A DNA stretch of 51,760 bases, taken from Thermodesulfobacteriota bacterium (lineage in GTDB: Bacteria > Desulfobacterota > WTBG01 > JAGOGO01). Both the position numbers and the translations under genes were made by a program. Under the pieces are notes generated by a model. It was not told the origin of the DNA. It ran no database searches and saw only the letters and a list, made by a program, of their open reading frames with translations. Positions 1 through 11,577 of the stretch are shown here, one piece after another (within the stretch, counting starts at the first letter, position 1; every line of letters starts with the position of its first letter). The DNA lies in assembly GCA_035256645.1 (NCBI GenBank), contig DATEXU010000170.1, positions 1 through 51,760 on the forward strand, written 5' to 3'.

Positions 1-1
1 G

Positions 2-430
2 CGCACGGAACGTACCGAAATAATCAACGGTTTGGGTGACGCTATGAATAAAACGTCCTACGAGCGGGGAGCTGAGCGCCCGGTTAACAGAGTCGGATTC
101 GTCTGTGCCGTTATAGTTGAAGTCGGTTTCAAGGCCAAAAACAAAATTACAAACCTGGTAATTGTACCCAAGTTGGGCGCCACTCGTGAAAGCTCCGTTA
201 TTCAAGCTGCCTGAATCGGTTCGCAGTGAATTCGTCGACGCGAAAGGCGCATCGAGAAAACGACCAGAGGGGCTGAGCTTGTACTTTGAGTCGTTTATGG
301 CGCCGCCTATATTAATACCAGCGTAGAACCCGGTCCAATTATACGTGGAGCCGGCTCCATCCCCGGCATGAGCTGACCCACATATTAGCAACAAAGCCAG
401 CATGATACTTGCGAAACCTATGTTTTTCAT
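2..430 (-). CDS. outer-membrane beta-barrel protein (small OmpA/Omp25-like barrel), 3' end outside window
   Basis: Not in the ORF track because there is no stop in the window. Own translation from the ATG at 430 (complement): MKNIGFASIMLALLLICGSAHA/GDGAGSTYNWTGFYAGINIGGAINDSKYKLSPSGRFLDAPF... It has a Sec signal peptide ending AHA, then the W-x-G-F-Y-x-G-x-N-x-G first-strand motif typical of 8-stranded OM barrels. Confidence 0.6.
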   Translation of the reverse strand, partial: MKNIGFASIMLALLLICGSAHAGDGAGSTYNWTGFYAGINIGGAINDSKYKLSPSGRFLDAPFASTNSLRTDSGSLNNGAFTSGAQLGYNYQVCNFVFGLETDFNYNGTDESDSVNRALSSPLVGRFIHSVTQTVDYFGTFRA

Positions 431-587
431 TAGAACCTCCTTTTTAAATATCCTATTTTATATTCACATCAAACATGGAAGCACCTCCCCTCAGGGACTT
501 CCTTTTTTTGTACTGCACTTTTTGGGGATTGATAGTTTTTATTTTTCTACTACTAACAGGGGGAAAAGTCAAGAAAAAAGTGAATTA

Positions 588-606
588 CCCCGCCCACAGG
601 GCGGGG
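588..606 (-). terminator. GC hairpin downstream of the tnpA-like gene (terminator or IS200-type end hairpin)
   Basis: CCCCGCCC-aca-GGGCGGGG is a perfect 8-bp stem lying 5 nt past the stop at 611. On the minus strand it is followed by TAATTCACTTTTTT. Confidence 0.4.
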
Positions 607-610
607 CATC

Positions 611-1000
611 TTAAAATAGTTTTAATTGCTTAGGAGATTTCTCGTGTTCACGATGGTATTTTGTGTATTTTCTAATCACTTCTTTTGTCACCTTATCCCC
701 AACCGTTCGCACAAAATATCCATCCTCCCAAAATTCTCCTCCCCAAAGCTCTTGCTTTACTTCCGGATGCTCCTGAAATATTACACTGGCACTGATCACC
801 CCTACTACCCTGGAAATACTGTGCCTCGGTGGAAACGAAAGAAAAATATGAACGTGACCTTCTGCTACCTCCAGCGTATCTATCTCGAAATCATGATTAC
901 CGGAAATCTCCTTAAATATTTCTTTTCTTCGCCCGTTTTTGGTAATCGCTAAGACGTTAAAAGCGTTGTCCCGAACAGCGGCAATTGTCTTCTCGTCCAT
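611..1000 (-). CDS. tnpA: IS200/IS605-family Y1 (HUH) transposase TnpA-like, short and N-terminally divergent (possibly decayed)
   Basis: ...EGHVHIFLSFPPRHSISRVVG...EFWEDGYFVRTVGDKVTKEVIRKYTKYH matches the IS200 TnpA core (HUH motif, FW..GY.v.TVG, C-terminal Tyr region). It is 129 aa against the roughly 150 aa typical. The N-terminal YH.VW..KYRR block is degraded to NVLAITKNGRRK. Confidence 0.6.
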   Translation of the reverse strand: MDEKTIAAVRDNAFNVLAITKNGRRKEIFKEISGNHDFEIDTLEVAEGHVHIFLSFPPRHSISRVVGVISASVIFQEHPEVKQELWGGEFWEDGYFVRTVGDKVTKEVIRKYTKYHREHEKSPKQLKLF

Positions 1001-1152
1001 AAAATCCCGCCAGGGAAAGTGAAAAAAAATCTTATCGCCGGTATCTTTTCTTAAGGCTCGTCGTGTAAATGGTATTTATGTTCTAAAATACGCTGTGTTT
1101 TTTCTTTATCTTATAAACCGCTGTTTTTAAAATAATTTTATAGAAAAAACCA

Positions 1153-1180
1153 TTGACAAATCGGGCTGCGCGGGTATAAA
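1153..1180 (+). promoter_or_regulatory. sigma70-like promoter upstream of the GNAT gene
   Basis: TTGACA (1153-1158), 16-nt spacer, TATAAA (1175-1180), about 50 nt upstream of the start codon. Confidence 0.4.
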
Positions 1181-1230
1181 TTTATAATTTATCTTTATGA
1201 ATTATTAATAATTATCCAAAAAACAGGCAG

Positions 1231-1638
1231 GTGTTTATGATTATCTACAAAGAGTCTGCTCCCGCTGCTCAAGAGTATCATGAATTATTTGTAAGCACAG
1301 GCTGGACAAGGGTAATCCAGGTTTCAGCCGATGATCTAATGATCGCTATTAACAACAGCTGGTATTGGATTACTGCTTATGAGGATGATAAGTTAGTTGG
1401 CGTGGGGAGAGTTCTTTCTGATGGTTTGCTGTATGCTTTAATTTGCGACTTGATCGTCCTTCCCGGAAAACAAAAACATGGAGTCGGGGGCGGCATTTTA
1501 TCGAGGCTAACCAAGAAATGCAAGGAAGCAGGAATAAAGCGCGTTTGGCTGTTTGCTGCTCCGGGCACCTCTCTTTTTTGCCAAAGAAACGGTTTTATCG
1601 CCCGCCCCGCAAACGCGCCCGGAATGCAGTTGATATAG
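1231..1638 (+). CDS. GNAT family N-acetyltransferase
   Basis: 135 aa. The acetyl-CoA-binding segment LIVLPGKQKHGVGGGILSRL (Q/R-x-x-G-x-G/A type) lies in a typical GNAT layout. The GTG at 1231 or the ATG at 1237 could be the start. Confidence 0.75.
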   Translation: MFMIIYKESAPAAQEYHELFVSTGWTRVIQVSADDLMIAINNSWYWITAYEDDKLVGVGRVLSDGLLYALICDLIVLPGKQKHGVGGGILSRLTKKCKEAGIKRVWLFAAPGTSLFCQRNGFIARPANAPGMQLI

Positions 1639-2032
1639 AAGGAATTTCTTTTTTTCTTATCGCAGATTTTTCGATGCCGATCCCACGTAGGCCCGCCTTT
1701 GGTTTCCACCATTGTATTTTTTCGGGTGAAAGCCCCCGAAGGTCCAACCGCCATCATCGTGGTGCGGTTTTTGAAGAATAAACCTGGAGTTTTTTGCTGA
1801 AAAAAACCAGTCGATAAATTTATTTCAAGAATTTTCCCGCCTGTGGCTAAGGTAGCCTAAGAAAAGACTGGAAGCGGAGGATTTTTCCCCGAGCACTTTT
1901 GTAATGGGGATGGTTTTGCCATTCAAAATTTTCTGACAAAGATCTTGCCTGCTTGACAAGGAGAAGTAATCTCGATAGGCTTGGGAGAGAAACTGGACAG
2001 GTTTTTCCTAAAAACCGGAAGGGGGCTTTTGA

Positions 2033-4516
2033 GTGTTCTTGCTTCTGTTTAAAAATTTTTTATCCCCGCTTTTTACTCTTCTTTTCACTTACATGGCCGG
2101 GCTTCTACTTGGGATTTTCTGGCATCCGCGGGCAACAATTATCGTTACTATCGTTTGCTTTCTTTTAGTCCTGGGAGTCTATGCTTTATTTAAAAAGCGC
2201 CCGTGGCTGTCGAACCTTGCGCTTTTTCTCGGACTTTTTTTAGTGGGAGTGCTCTCCATTGCTCATTATCTCCGGCCAGATTTTCCTGCCCATCATGTTT
2301 ATTGCTGGGCACAAAATCGTCCCTTAGCCGTGGAAGGCTTTCTTTACCGTCCGGCAGAGTATTTACCTCAAAAAACCCGCCTTTATGTTCGGGCACAGTG
2401 GATCATAATTTCCAAGAAAAAATATCCGGTAACCGGAAACATTCTTCTCACCATAGAGGATGCCCGAGAAAGCTTTTTGGTTTATGACCGACTTATCTTC
2501 TCAACCCGCTTACGCAAACCCCGCAACTTTGGAAACCCCGGAGGATTCGATTATGTGCGGTGGCTTGCTTTCCAGGATATCTACGTAACCGGGTATGTGT
2601 CCAAGGAACAGGGCTTGATTAGACTGGGGCTGCCGCAAAGCAGGTTGTGGTTAAGAAAAATAGATGCGTTTCGAAGCACGATCCGAGAAATTATTGATTC
2701 CTCAACGTCTCCTCCGGCGAACTCCTTTCTGCGAGCCTTGCTTTTGGGTGAACAGAGCGCCTTACCCGATGAGATCAATGAAAGTTTTATCCACACCGGA
2801 ACCGCTCATGTCCTCGCTATTTCCGGACTTAATATTGGAATCGTTGCTGCTTTTTTTTATTTTCTTTTTAAGCGCATTTTGAGCTTCTCCGAGTTCCTCC
2901 TTTTGAAGGTCAATGTCCTTAAACTCGCTGCCGCTCTGTCCGTTCTCCCGGTTCTCTTTTATGCCCTGATTGCAGGGGCCGGGGTTTCGGTGCAAAGGGC
3001 TTTCATCATGACCGTTGCATATATAGCCGCCCTTCTTTTGAATAGAGAAAGGGATTTGTACCATGCCACTGCTTTGGCTGCGTTAGTGATTCTTGCCATA
3101 CAACCTCCTACTCTGTTTGGAGCCTCGTTTCAGCTCTCTTTTGTATCGGTTTTAGGGATCGTCTTCTTTGCCCCGAAAATCCTTTCTCTCCTTCCCCGGC
3201 AAGATAAGCTGCTTCAAAAATTAGATCCTCCCTGGTGGAGAAAGCTAAAGTACCAACCTCTATTTTTTTTGGTGGTCACTTTTTCGGCCATGCTTGCCAC
3301 GGCACCCCTGGTTGCTTATTACTTTAGCCTTTTTTCTCTTTCTGGACTTGTTGCAAATTTACTCATTGTCCCCCTGGCCGGATTTTTAATCGTGGTGATG
3401 GGTTTAATAGGTGTTTTATTAATTCCCTTTTCCTCGTTTGTTGCTGGGTTTGTTTTTTATCTTTCGGGCCTCTTGTCGGATATCACCATTAAGATTGCCG
3501 CCTTCTTGGCAAGCATTCCCTGGACGAGTTTTCTTGTCCCCACCCCTGCGCTCATCACGGTATTCCTTTTCTATTTTTTTATCCTCGCTCTTTTTTGCTG
3601 GAAATTTTATGGCTGGCCGAAAAAGATTATCCTTATCTCTTTGATTTTGCTGGTGGTCAACTCTTCTTATCGTCATTCCCACGTAAAACCCCCGGCACTC
3701 CTCGTTACCTTTATTGATGTAGGACAAGGAGATTCAGCCCTTATCCGCTTTCCTGAGGGCAAAACCATGCTCATTGATGGTGGGGGCTTTCCCAAGGGAG
3801 ATTTTGATACGGGTAAGAATATTGTCGCCCCCTTTCTTTTGAAGCAGGGAGTGTTGCACATTGATTATTTAGTTCTCACTCATCCCCACCCGGACCATTC
3901 CTATGGACTCCGTTATATCGCCGAAAATTTTTCGATTAGAGAATTCTGGACCAATGGAGATGCGGTGGGCGATCCCTATTTTTTGGAATTGGGAAAAACC
4001 CTGGCCAAGAGGAAGGTGGTTATCCGGAAGCTTAACAGCAGTTCCCCGCGGATGTTGATCCAAGGGGTGAGTATGGATATTCTCCATCCTCCTCCAGCTT
4101 ATTCAGGGTCTGGACAAGGTGTAGATGCTCGACTTAATAACAAGTCTTTGGTTATTAAGTTTTCCTATGGGGGTATCGGGTTTCTTTTTACCGGGGATAT
4201 TGAACTGGATGCAGAAAAAATGCTGTTATCAACCGGGGAGGATCTCTCCGCTGATGTGCTTAAGATGCCCCATCATGGAAGCGCGACCTCGAGCAGCATC
4301 CCTTTTATTAACTCGGTCGGCCCCCGGGTCGCCATCTGCTCCGTGGGCTTTCGCAATCCTTTTAACCTTCCCCATCCCGGCGTTCTCAAGCGTTTTCAAA
4401 AAAAGGGCTGTGCTGTATATCGGACTGACCTGAATGGAGCGGTGGCTATAGCTACTGAGGGCAAAGAACTGTGGGTGCAGGGCTTGCGGCAAGATCGAAA
4501 ACCAGGAGAGTTTTAA
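2033..4516 (+). CDS. comEC: DNA internalization-related competence protein ComEC/Rec2 (membrane domain plus metallo-beta-lactamase domain)
   Basis: 827 aa and polytopic. The competence-domain segment is GTAHVLAISGLNIG. The C-terminal MBL domain has VGQGDS and LTHPHPDH motifs and MPHHGS. Confidence 0.9.
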   Translation: MFLLLFKNFLSPLFTLLFTYMAGLLLGIFWHPRATIIVTIVCFLLVLGVYALFKKRPWLSNLALFLGLFLVGVLSIAHYLRPDFPAHHVYCWAQNRPLAVEGFLYRPAEYLPQKTRLYVRAQWIIISKKKYPVTGNILLTIEDARESFLVYDRLIFSTRLRKPRNFGNPGGFDYVRWLAFQDIYVTGYVSKEQGLIRLGLPQSRLWLRKIDAFRSTIREIIDSSTSPPANSFLRALLLGEQSALPDEINESFIHTGTAHVLAISGLNIGIVAAFFYFLFKRILSFSEFLLLKVNVLKLAAALSVLPVLFYALIAGAGVSVQRAFIMTVAYIAALLLNRERDLYHATALAALVILAIQPPTLFGASFQLSFVSVLGIVFFAPKILSLLPRQDKLLQKLDPPWWRKLKYQPLFFLVVTFSAMLATAPLVAYYFSLFSLSGLVANLLIVPLAGFLIVVMGLIGVLLIPFSSFVAGFVFYLSGLLSDITIKIAAFLASIPWTSFLVPTPALITVFLFYFFILALFCWKFYGWPKKIILISLILLVVNSSYRHSHVKPPALLVTFIDVGQGDSALIRFPEGKTMLIDGGGFPKGDFDTGKNIVAPFLLKQGVLHIDYLVLTHPHPDHSYGLRYIAENFSIREFWTNGDAVGDPYFLELGKTLAKRKVVIRKLNSSSPRMLIQGVSMDILHPPPAYSGSGQGVDARLNNKSLVIKFSYGGIGFLFTGDIELDAEKMLLSTGEDLSADVLKMPHHGSATSSSIPFINSVGPRVAICSVGFRNPFNLPHPGVLKRFQKKGCAVYRTDLNGAVAIATEGKELWVQGLRQDRKPGEF

Positions 4517-4523
4517 TGAATTG

Positions 4524-5084
4524 TTAGCTTATCCTTTCGATGTATTCCCCGGTCCGGGTGTCAATTTTTACCTTATCTCCTTCATTAATAAAAAGGGGGA
4601 CCTGTATTACTGCTCCGGTCTCGAGGTTTGCGGGCTTGCTTCCGCCGCTGGCCGTGTCCCCTCTGACCCCGGGGTCGGTCTTGGCCACCGTAAGCACAAC
4701 AAACATCGGCACTTCAACCCCGAGAAGCTTTCCCTGGTGAAACAGGGCGGTGATAGTGATATTTTCCTGGAGGTAGTTTTTGCTTTCCCCCAACTGATCT
4801 TCGGTTAAAAATGTTTGTTCGTACGTTTCTAACTCCATAAAATAATGCTGCTTCCCCTCTGCGTAGAGATACTGCATGGATTTTTCTTCCAAGTCTGGTT
4901 TTTCGACTTTTTCGCCCGCCCTTAGGGTCCGGTCAATAACCCTGCCGGTAGCTAAGTTTTTTAATTTCGTTCGGACAAAGGCGCCGCCTTTCCCCGGCTT
5001 TACGTGCTGGAACTCAACAATACTATAGGGTGTGCCCTCTAATTCTATTTTTAGCCCTCTCCGAAAATCACTGGTGGAATACAT
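4524..5084 (-). CDS. efp: elongation factor P
   Basis: MYSTSDFRRGLKIELEGTPYSIVEFQHVKPGKGGAFVRTKLKNL... is the canonical EF-P N-terminus with the KPGKG loop. 186 aa. Confidence 0.95.
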   Translation of the reverse strand: MYSTSDFRRGLKIELEGTPYSIVEFQHVKPGKGGAFVRTKLKNLATGRVIDRTLRAGEKVEKPDLEEKSMQYLYAEGKQHYFMELETYEQTFLTEDQLGESKNYLQENITITALFHQGKLLGVEVPMFVVLTVAKTDPGVRGDTASGGSKPANLETGAVIQVPLFINEGDKVKIDTRTGEYIERIS

Positions 5085-5095
5085 CGTTCAACCTC

Positions 5096-6190
5096 CTAAT
5101 TTAGGATCTCTAACTTTTTGGGCACACGGGTAAGCACCTCGCAGCCACCCCGGGTTACCACGATCATGTCTTCGATCCGAACCCCTCCCCAATTGGGAAG
5201 ATAAATTCCCGGCTCAATGGTAAAGACCATCCCTTCTTCCAGGATTTCTTTTTTTAACGGAGAAATGCGAGGCTCCTCGTGCAAAGAAAGCCCTACTCCA
5301 TGGCCGGTCCCGTGTCCAAAGTATTTTTCAAATCCTTTTTTTTCTATATAGCCTCGGGCTGCTTTGTCTATCTTTTGTGAAGAAACGCCCGGCTTAATTT
5401 TCTCAATCGCTCGATCATGAGCTGTTTTTACAATATTAAAAATTTCCTTTTGTTTTGGGGTGGGGGTTCCCGTCGCCATGGTGCAGGTTTCGTCACTGCA
5501 GTATCCATGGTATCGGATCCCAAAATCTATCATGATCAATTCCTGGGTTCCGATCTTTTTCTCGCTCGCAACCCCATGGGGCAACGCTGACCGCTTTCCG
5601 CTGGCAACAATAACATCAAAAGCTAACTTATCTGCTCCTGCTTCTTTTACCGCAGATTCATAGGCTGTGGCAACTTCTTTTTCTGTGACTCCGGATTTTA
5701 TTTTCTCTTTCATTTTTTGAAATCCTTGAGTGGAGATTGTTATCGCCTGGCGAATAACCTTTATCTCCTTCTTTTCTTTTTTCATCCTGAGCGTGCGCAA
5801 CCCTTCTTCTGTGGGGATGGGGGCTGTGCCCGAAAGTCCTTTCTCCAGTTGCTTGAAGTCGGCGTAAGAAATTGCCTTTGCATCAAACCCCACCCTTTTT
5901 ACCCTGAGTCGGTTTATTAATTTTATGGTGTCTTCGATCCGTTTGGAAATTTTAAGAATTTGAAAAAGCGGCGCTTCGAGCTTCGCCTGGGTAGTAAAGC
6001 GGTGATCAACGAGTAAAAAAAGAGCCTCCGGCGCTATCAGCGCAGAGGCCTCATCTCCTGTAAAGCCACTAAGGTATCGAATGTCGGTCAGGTCATTTAT
6101 TAAAAGAGCTTCAACCTTCTCCTTTTTTAAAATCTGAAGCGCCCGGTCGATCCTTTTTTTCTCATTAAGCTGTCTCTCCATTCTTCCCAC
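5096..6190 (-). CDS. M24 family Xaa-Pro aminopeptidase/dipeptidase
   Basis: 364 aa with a creatinase-like N-domain plus pita-bread fold. Motifs: DFG..YHGYCSD, HGTGHGVGL.LHE, GMVFTIEPG, GVRIED. Confidence 0.9.
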   Translation of the reverse strand: MGRMERQLNEKKRIDRALQILKKEKVEALLINDLTDIRYLSGFTGDEASALIAPEALFLLVDHRFTTQAKLEAPLFQILKISKRIEDTIKLINRLRVKRVGFDAKAISYADFKQLEKGLSGTAPIPTEEGLRTLRMKKEKKEIKVIRQAITISTQGFQKMKEKIKSGVTEKEVATAYESAVKEAGADKLAFDVIVASGKRSALPHGVASEKKIGTQELIMIDFGIRYHGYCSDETCTMATGTPTPKQKEIFNIVKTAHDRAIEKIKPGVSSQKIDKAARGYIEKKGFEKYFGHGTGHGVGLSLHEEPRISPLKKEILEEGMVFTIEPGIYLPNWGGVRIEDMIVVTRGGCEVLTRVPKKLEILN

Positions 6191-6193
6191 TAC

Positions 6194-6604
6194 TTAGGTT
6201 TTGCGGGCTGAAACTTTTATTCTATTAGTAGCTTTTTTTAAAGCTAAAACCACCTCTGAAAATTGGCTGTCGTCGGAGGACAAGCTTTTGAGTTTTTCTT
6301 CGGCTTGAATCTTGGCGGCTTCAGCTCTTTTTATGTCAATTTCCTGGGCCGGTTCAGCGGCTTCTGCCAAAATAGTTACTTTATCGTTTCCTACCTCGGC
6401 AAATCCACCACTAATAGCTAACCAATATTCCCGATTATCTTTTTTTATTGCTACTTCTCCTGTTTCCAAAGTAGTAATCAAAGCAGCGTGTCCGGGCAAA
6501 ACACCAAACTCTCCAAGACTTCCCGGCGCGGTAACCGTCTCTATCGAATCACTAAACACCACTTTTTCTGGGGTAAGAATATCTAAATGGATCGCATCTG
6601 CCAT
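6194..6604 (-). CDS. atpC: F1 ATP synthase epsilon subunit
   Basis: 136 aa, last gene of the atp operon. LDILTPEK...V.APG..GEFGVLPGHA is typical of epsilon. Confidence 0.9.
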   Translation of the reverse strand: MADAIHLDILTPEKVVFSDSIETVTAPGSLGEFGVLPGHAALITTLETGEVAIKKDNREYWLAISGGFAEVGNDKVTILAEAAEPAQEIDIKRAEAAKIQAEEKLKSLSSDDSQFSEVVLALKKATNRIKVSARKT

Positions 6605-6615
6605 GTTGGTCTCTT

Positions 6616-8043
<1,428 letters not shown>

Positions 8044-8066
8044 TTATCCTCCTTAAAGGATATGGG

Positions 8067-8939
8067 TTATTTTTTTAAAGCTTCGGCTCCACCGACGATA
8101 TCTAAAAGCTCCTTGGTTATGGCAGCTTGTCTTGCTTTATTATAAATTAAGGCTAAATCCGTAATTACCTCCCTGCAGTTATTAGAGGCTGTATCCATGG
8201 CCGTCATCCGCGCAGCGTATTCGCTGGTTTGTGATTCCAAGATGGCTTTTAATATCTGACTTTCAAGGTATTTTGGTAAGAGCTGGTCTAAAATTTCTTT
8301 TTGGCTTGGTTCAATTATATAATCTTTCGGGGCCTCGGCCTCTGTCCCAGCCGGGGTGGTGGGAATAGGCAGAATGGTTTCTCGTGTTATTTCATATCGG
8401 ACTACTGATTTAAACGCAGAGTAGTAAAGATGAACCTCGTTCCATTCGCCGGTCAAAAAATATTTTTTTGTTTCCCTGGCAATGTCTGCGGCTAATTCAT
8501 AATTAGTTCTTTCACGGTCTTCGAGGTATTTCTTTTTTATTTCAAAATGTTTTTTTGAAAAAAAATCACCTCCCTTTTTCCCCACCGTAAGGAAGGATGC
8601 TTTTCCCAGGCCTTCTCCCATTTTTTTAAGGTCTCTTTCCGCCCTAAAGATTATGTTGTTGTTAAACGACCCGCACAACCCCTTGTCGCCGGTGACCAGT
8701 ATAATTCCCAGCCTTTTCTTTTCCTCGCTGGAAACAAAGAACGGGTGGTCTTCAGGGGTCATCCCTTTGCACATCTCCAGCACTAAATGCTTTGTCGCCT
8801 CAGCGAACGGCCGGGCTTTTAAAGCTTTTTCCTGGGATTTCCGCAGTTTCGCGGCCGAGACCATTTGCATGGCCTTGGTAATGGTCTGCGTGTTTTTTAC
8901 ACTGGCGATTCTCCTTCTTATGGTTCTCAGTGTTGCCAT
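8067..8939 (-). CDS. atpG: F1 ATP synthase gamma subunit
   Basis: 290 aa. [34 protein letters not shown] and the C-terminal ITKEL.DIVGGAEAL. Confidence 0.95.
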   Translation of the reverse strand: MATLRTIRRRIASVKNTQTITKAMQMVSAAKLRKSQEKALKARPFAEATKHLVLEMCKGMTPEDHPFFVSSEEKKRLGIILVTGDKGLCGSFNNNIIFRAERDLKKMGEGLGKASFLTVGKKGGDFFSKKHFEIKKKYLEDRERTNYELAADIARETKKYFLTGEWNEVHLYYSAFKSVVRYEITRETILPIPTTPAGTEAEAPKDYIIEPSQKEILDQLLPKYLESQILKAILESQTSEYAARMTAMDTASNNCREVITDLALIYNKARQAAITKELLDIVGGAEALKK

Positions 8940-10453
8940 TATTCTTCAACAATAAATTTTTCTTTAAATTTTCCAAGCGCCTCTTTAAGCTTTTTGTCAA
9001 TATCCTCGGTCAATTCTTTCTTGGTCTTGATTTCATCCAGCAGACTTTTGTAATTATTTTCCAGAAAATCAGAAAGCTCGGCCTCAAAACGGGCCAAACA
9101 TGATTCAGGATAGGCATCCACATACCCCTGGGTGCCGGCATAGATAATAACAATTTGTCTTTCTACCGGGAGCGGGCTGTATTGTCCTTGCTTCAAGAGT
9201 TCAACCAGGCGGCTTCCGCGGGCAAGCTGGGCCTGGGTAGCTTTATCAAGCTCACTACCAAATTTCGCGAATGCTGCCAGCTCTCGATACTGCGCTAAAT
9301 CAAGCCGAAGGCTTCCGGCGATCTTTTTCATGGCCTTGTTTTGGGCGTTGCCTCCAACTCGAGAAACCGAAAGACCGACGTTAATTGCGGGCCTGATCCC
9401 GGAATAGAAAAGCTCCGGCTCCAGATAGATCTGGCCGTCGGTAATAGAAATCACGTTAGTAGGAATATAGGCGGAAACATCTCCTGCCTGGGTCTCGATG
9501 ATCGGAAGAGCGGTTAAAGAACCACCACCCAAAGCATCGTTTAGTTTTGCTGCTCGTTCCAAGAGCCGGGAGTGAAGATAAAAAATATCTCCCGGATAAG
9601 CCTCTCTTCCCGGAGGTCTTCTTAATAAGAGGGACAGCTGACGATAGGCAACCGCGTGTTTAGAAAGGTCGTCGTAAATAACCAGAGCGTGCCGTTTGGT
9701 ATCCCGGAAGTATTCTCCCATGGCGCACCCGGCAAACGGAGCGATATATTGCAGGGGAGCCGGGTCGCTGGCGGTGGCTGCCACCACGGTGGTATATTTC
9801 ATCGCCCCGTATTTTTCGAAGAGATCAACCACACGGGCAACTGAGGAGCGCTTCTGCCCGATAGCGACATAGATACAAAAAACATCAGTGTCCCGCTGGT
9901 TAATAATCGCGTCAAGAGCGATGACGCTCTTCCCAGTGCCGCGGTCTCCGATGATTAACTCCCGTTGTCCTCGGCCGATCGGAATCATAGCATCGATCGC
10001 TTTTATGCCGGTCTGGAGAGGCTCTTTCACGGGCGATCGGTATACCACCCCCGGAGCTCTCACCTCTACGTTTCGATATTCTTTAGTTTCAATTTCTCCT
10101 TTTCCGTCGATAGGCTTTCCAATGGCATCTACCACCCGGCCAATAAGCGCTTCGCCCACGGGAACCTGGGTGATCCGGTTTGTCCTTTTTACCAGATCGC
10201 CTTCTTTGATATGGACGTCTTCTCCAAGAATCGCCACCCCAACATTGTCTTCCTCCAGGTTTAGAACCATTCCTATTATTCCGTGAGGAAACTCGACAAG
10301 CTCGTTGGCCATAACATTTTGAAGGCCATAGATCCGGGCAATCCCGTCTCCTACGGAGAGCACCCTTCCGACCTCTCTAACGTCAACTTCTTTTTCATAT
10401 TTACCAATTTGCTCTTTTATTACCTGAGTTATTTCTTCTGCTTTAATCTCCAT
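8939..10453 (-). CDS. atpA: F1 ATP synthase alpha subunit
   Basis: 504 aa. P-loop GDRGTGKS and conserved alpha blocks throughout. Confidence 0.97.
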   Translation of the reverse strand: MEIKAEEITQVIKEQIGKYEKEVDVREVGRVLSVGDGIARIYGLQNVMANELVEFPHGIIGMVLNLEEDNVGVAILGEDVHIKEGDLVKRTNRITQVPVGEALIGRVVDAIGKPIDGKGEIETKEYRNVEVRAPGVVYRSPVKEPLQTGIKAIDAMIPIGRGQRELIIGDRGTGKSVIALDAIINQRDTDVFCIYVAIGQKRSSVARVVDLFEKYGAMKYTTVVAATASDPAPLQYIAPFAGCAMGEYFRDTKRHALVIYDDLSKHAVAYRQLSLLLRRPPGREAYPGDIFYLHSRLLERAAKLNDALGGGSLTALPIIETQAGDVSAYIPTNVISITDGQIYLEPELFYSGIRPAINVGLSVSRVGGNAQNKAMKKIAGSLRLDLAQYRELAAFAKFGSELDKATQAQLARGSRLVELLKQGQYSPLPVERQIVIIYAGTQGYVDAYPESCLARFEAELSDFLENNYKSLLDEIKTKKELTEDIDKKLKEALGKFKEKFIVEE

Positions 10454-10468
10454 GATTCTTAATCCTTT

Positions 10469-11005
10469 TTAGATTAACGTTTCACCCATTCTTTGGAGTT
10501 GATTTCTTATGCTTCCATCAAAAATTTTATCCCCCACCTCAGCAATAACCCCACCAATAATTTGTGGCTCAACCACGCTGTTTAAGAGCACCTTTTTTTG
10601 GGTAATGCCTTCCAGCGACTTTTTAATGCTCTCAAAATCCCCCATGGAAAGAGGCCGCGCTGTTATTACCCGGGCCTTCACATATCCGGAAATCTGATAA
10701 GTCAAGTCTTCGTAAAGCTCTAAAATGGCGGAAAAGTACTGGATCCTTCTTTTGTCCACCAAAAGGCACAAAAAATTTTGGATAGTTTTTGAAAGGTTAA
10801 TTTTCTCAGCCACCCCCAAGATTGTTTTTTTCAGATCTTCGGCTGAATAAAGCGGGCTTAAAAGAGCGTTTTGAAACTCGGGAAATTTTTTCAGCAAATC
10901 AGAAAAATTTTTGAGTTCGGTTTTAAACTCCTCGACCCGATTATTCTCTTTCCCGATCTCGATTAATGCTTGGGCATATCTTCGGGCAATCTTTCTGTTT
11001 AACAT
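10469..11005 (-). CDS. atpH: F1 ATP synthase delta (OSCP) subunit
   Basis: 178 aa. IARRYAQAL N-terminus, position between atpF and atpA, GG.I..VGD...DGS C-terminal block. Confidence 0.9.
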   Translation of the reverse strand: MLNRKIARRYAQALIEIGKENNRVEEFKTELKNFSDLLKKFPEFQNALLSPLYSAEDLKKTILGVAEKINLSKTIQNFLCLLVDKRRIQYFSAILELYEDLTYQISGYVKARVITARPLSMGDFESIKKSLEGITQKKVLLNSVVEPQIIGGVIAEVGDKIFDGSIRNQLQRMGETLI

Positions 11006-11008
11006 ACC

Positions 11009-11575
11009 TTAGATTACCTTGGATGTTATTTGGGTAATATAGTCTTTAACCAGGCGAGCGTGGTCATCATTGTTTATCTTTTCCTTTATAATTTTTTCAG
11101 CTCTCTCCAAAGATAATGCGGCGAGTTCTTTTTTTAGCTCTGCCTTGGCTTTTTTTAGTTCTTGTTCGGCAATTATTTTTGCCTGCCATTTAATTATTTC
11201 TGCTTCTTTTTCCGCGGCCGTAATAATTCTTTCTTTTTCTGCTTCTCCTTCCTTTTCCACTGCTTTGCGAATTTCCTCTACCTCTTTTCCCAAGAGGGTT
11301 ATCTTCTTTTCGTATTCCCTTAGCCTGTTTTCCGCTAAAGTTATTGCTTCTTCTGCTTCTTTTAGCGCTTGCTGAATTTTTTCGCTCCGCTCGGAAAAAA
11401 AGCTTTTTATGCGGGGAAAGGCAAAAATATACAAAACGATGAGAAAAAGAACGAAGTTTATTACGCTAAAAATAAATGGCCAGAGCGTCGAGCCGCCATG
11501 TCCTCCTTCTTGTGAAGCGCATGCAATCCCCACAGGAGCACATAGTGTAATTATTATGAGATAAAAAACATTCAT
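11009..11575 (-). CDS. atpF: Fo ATP synthase subunit b
   Basis: 188 aa. One N-terminal TM helix followed by a long charged coiled coil. Position in the operon supports the call. Confidence 0.85.
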   Translation of the reverse strand: MNVFYLIIITLCAPVGIACASQEGGHGGSTLWPFIFSVINFVLFLIVLYIFAFPRIKSFFSERSEKIQQALKEAEEAITLAENRLREYEKKITLLGKEVEEIRKAVEKEGEAEKERIITAAEKEAEIIKWQAKIIAEQELKKAKAELKKELAALSLERAEKIIKEKINNDDHARLVKDYITQITSKVI

Positions 11576-11577
11576 TC

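Noticed and set aside
1377-1781. ORFs 1377..1757 (minus) and 1443..1781 (plus) overlapping and following the GNAT gene.
   Set aside because: They overlap the well-supported GNAT frame. Their translations are Arg/Pro/Ser-rich, typical of off-frame reading. No start context was found.
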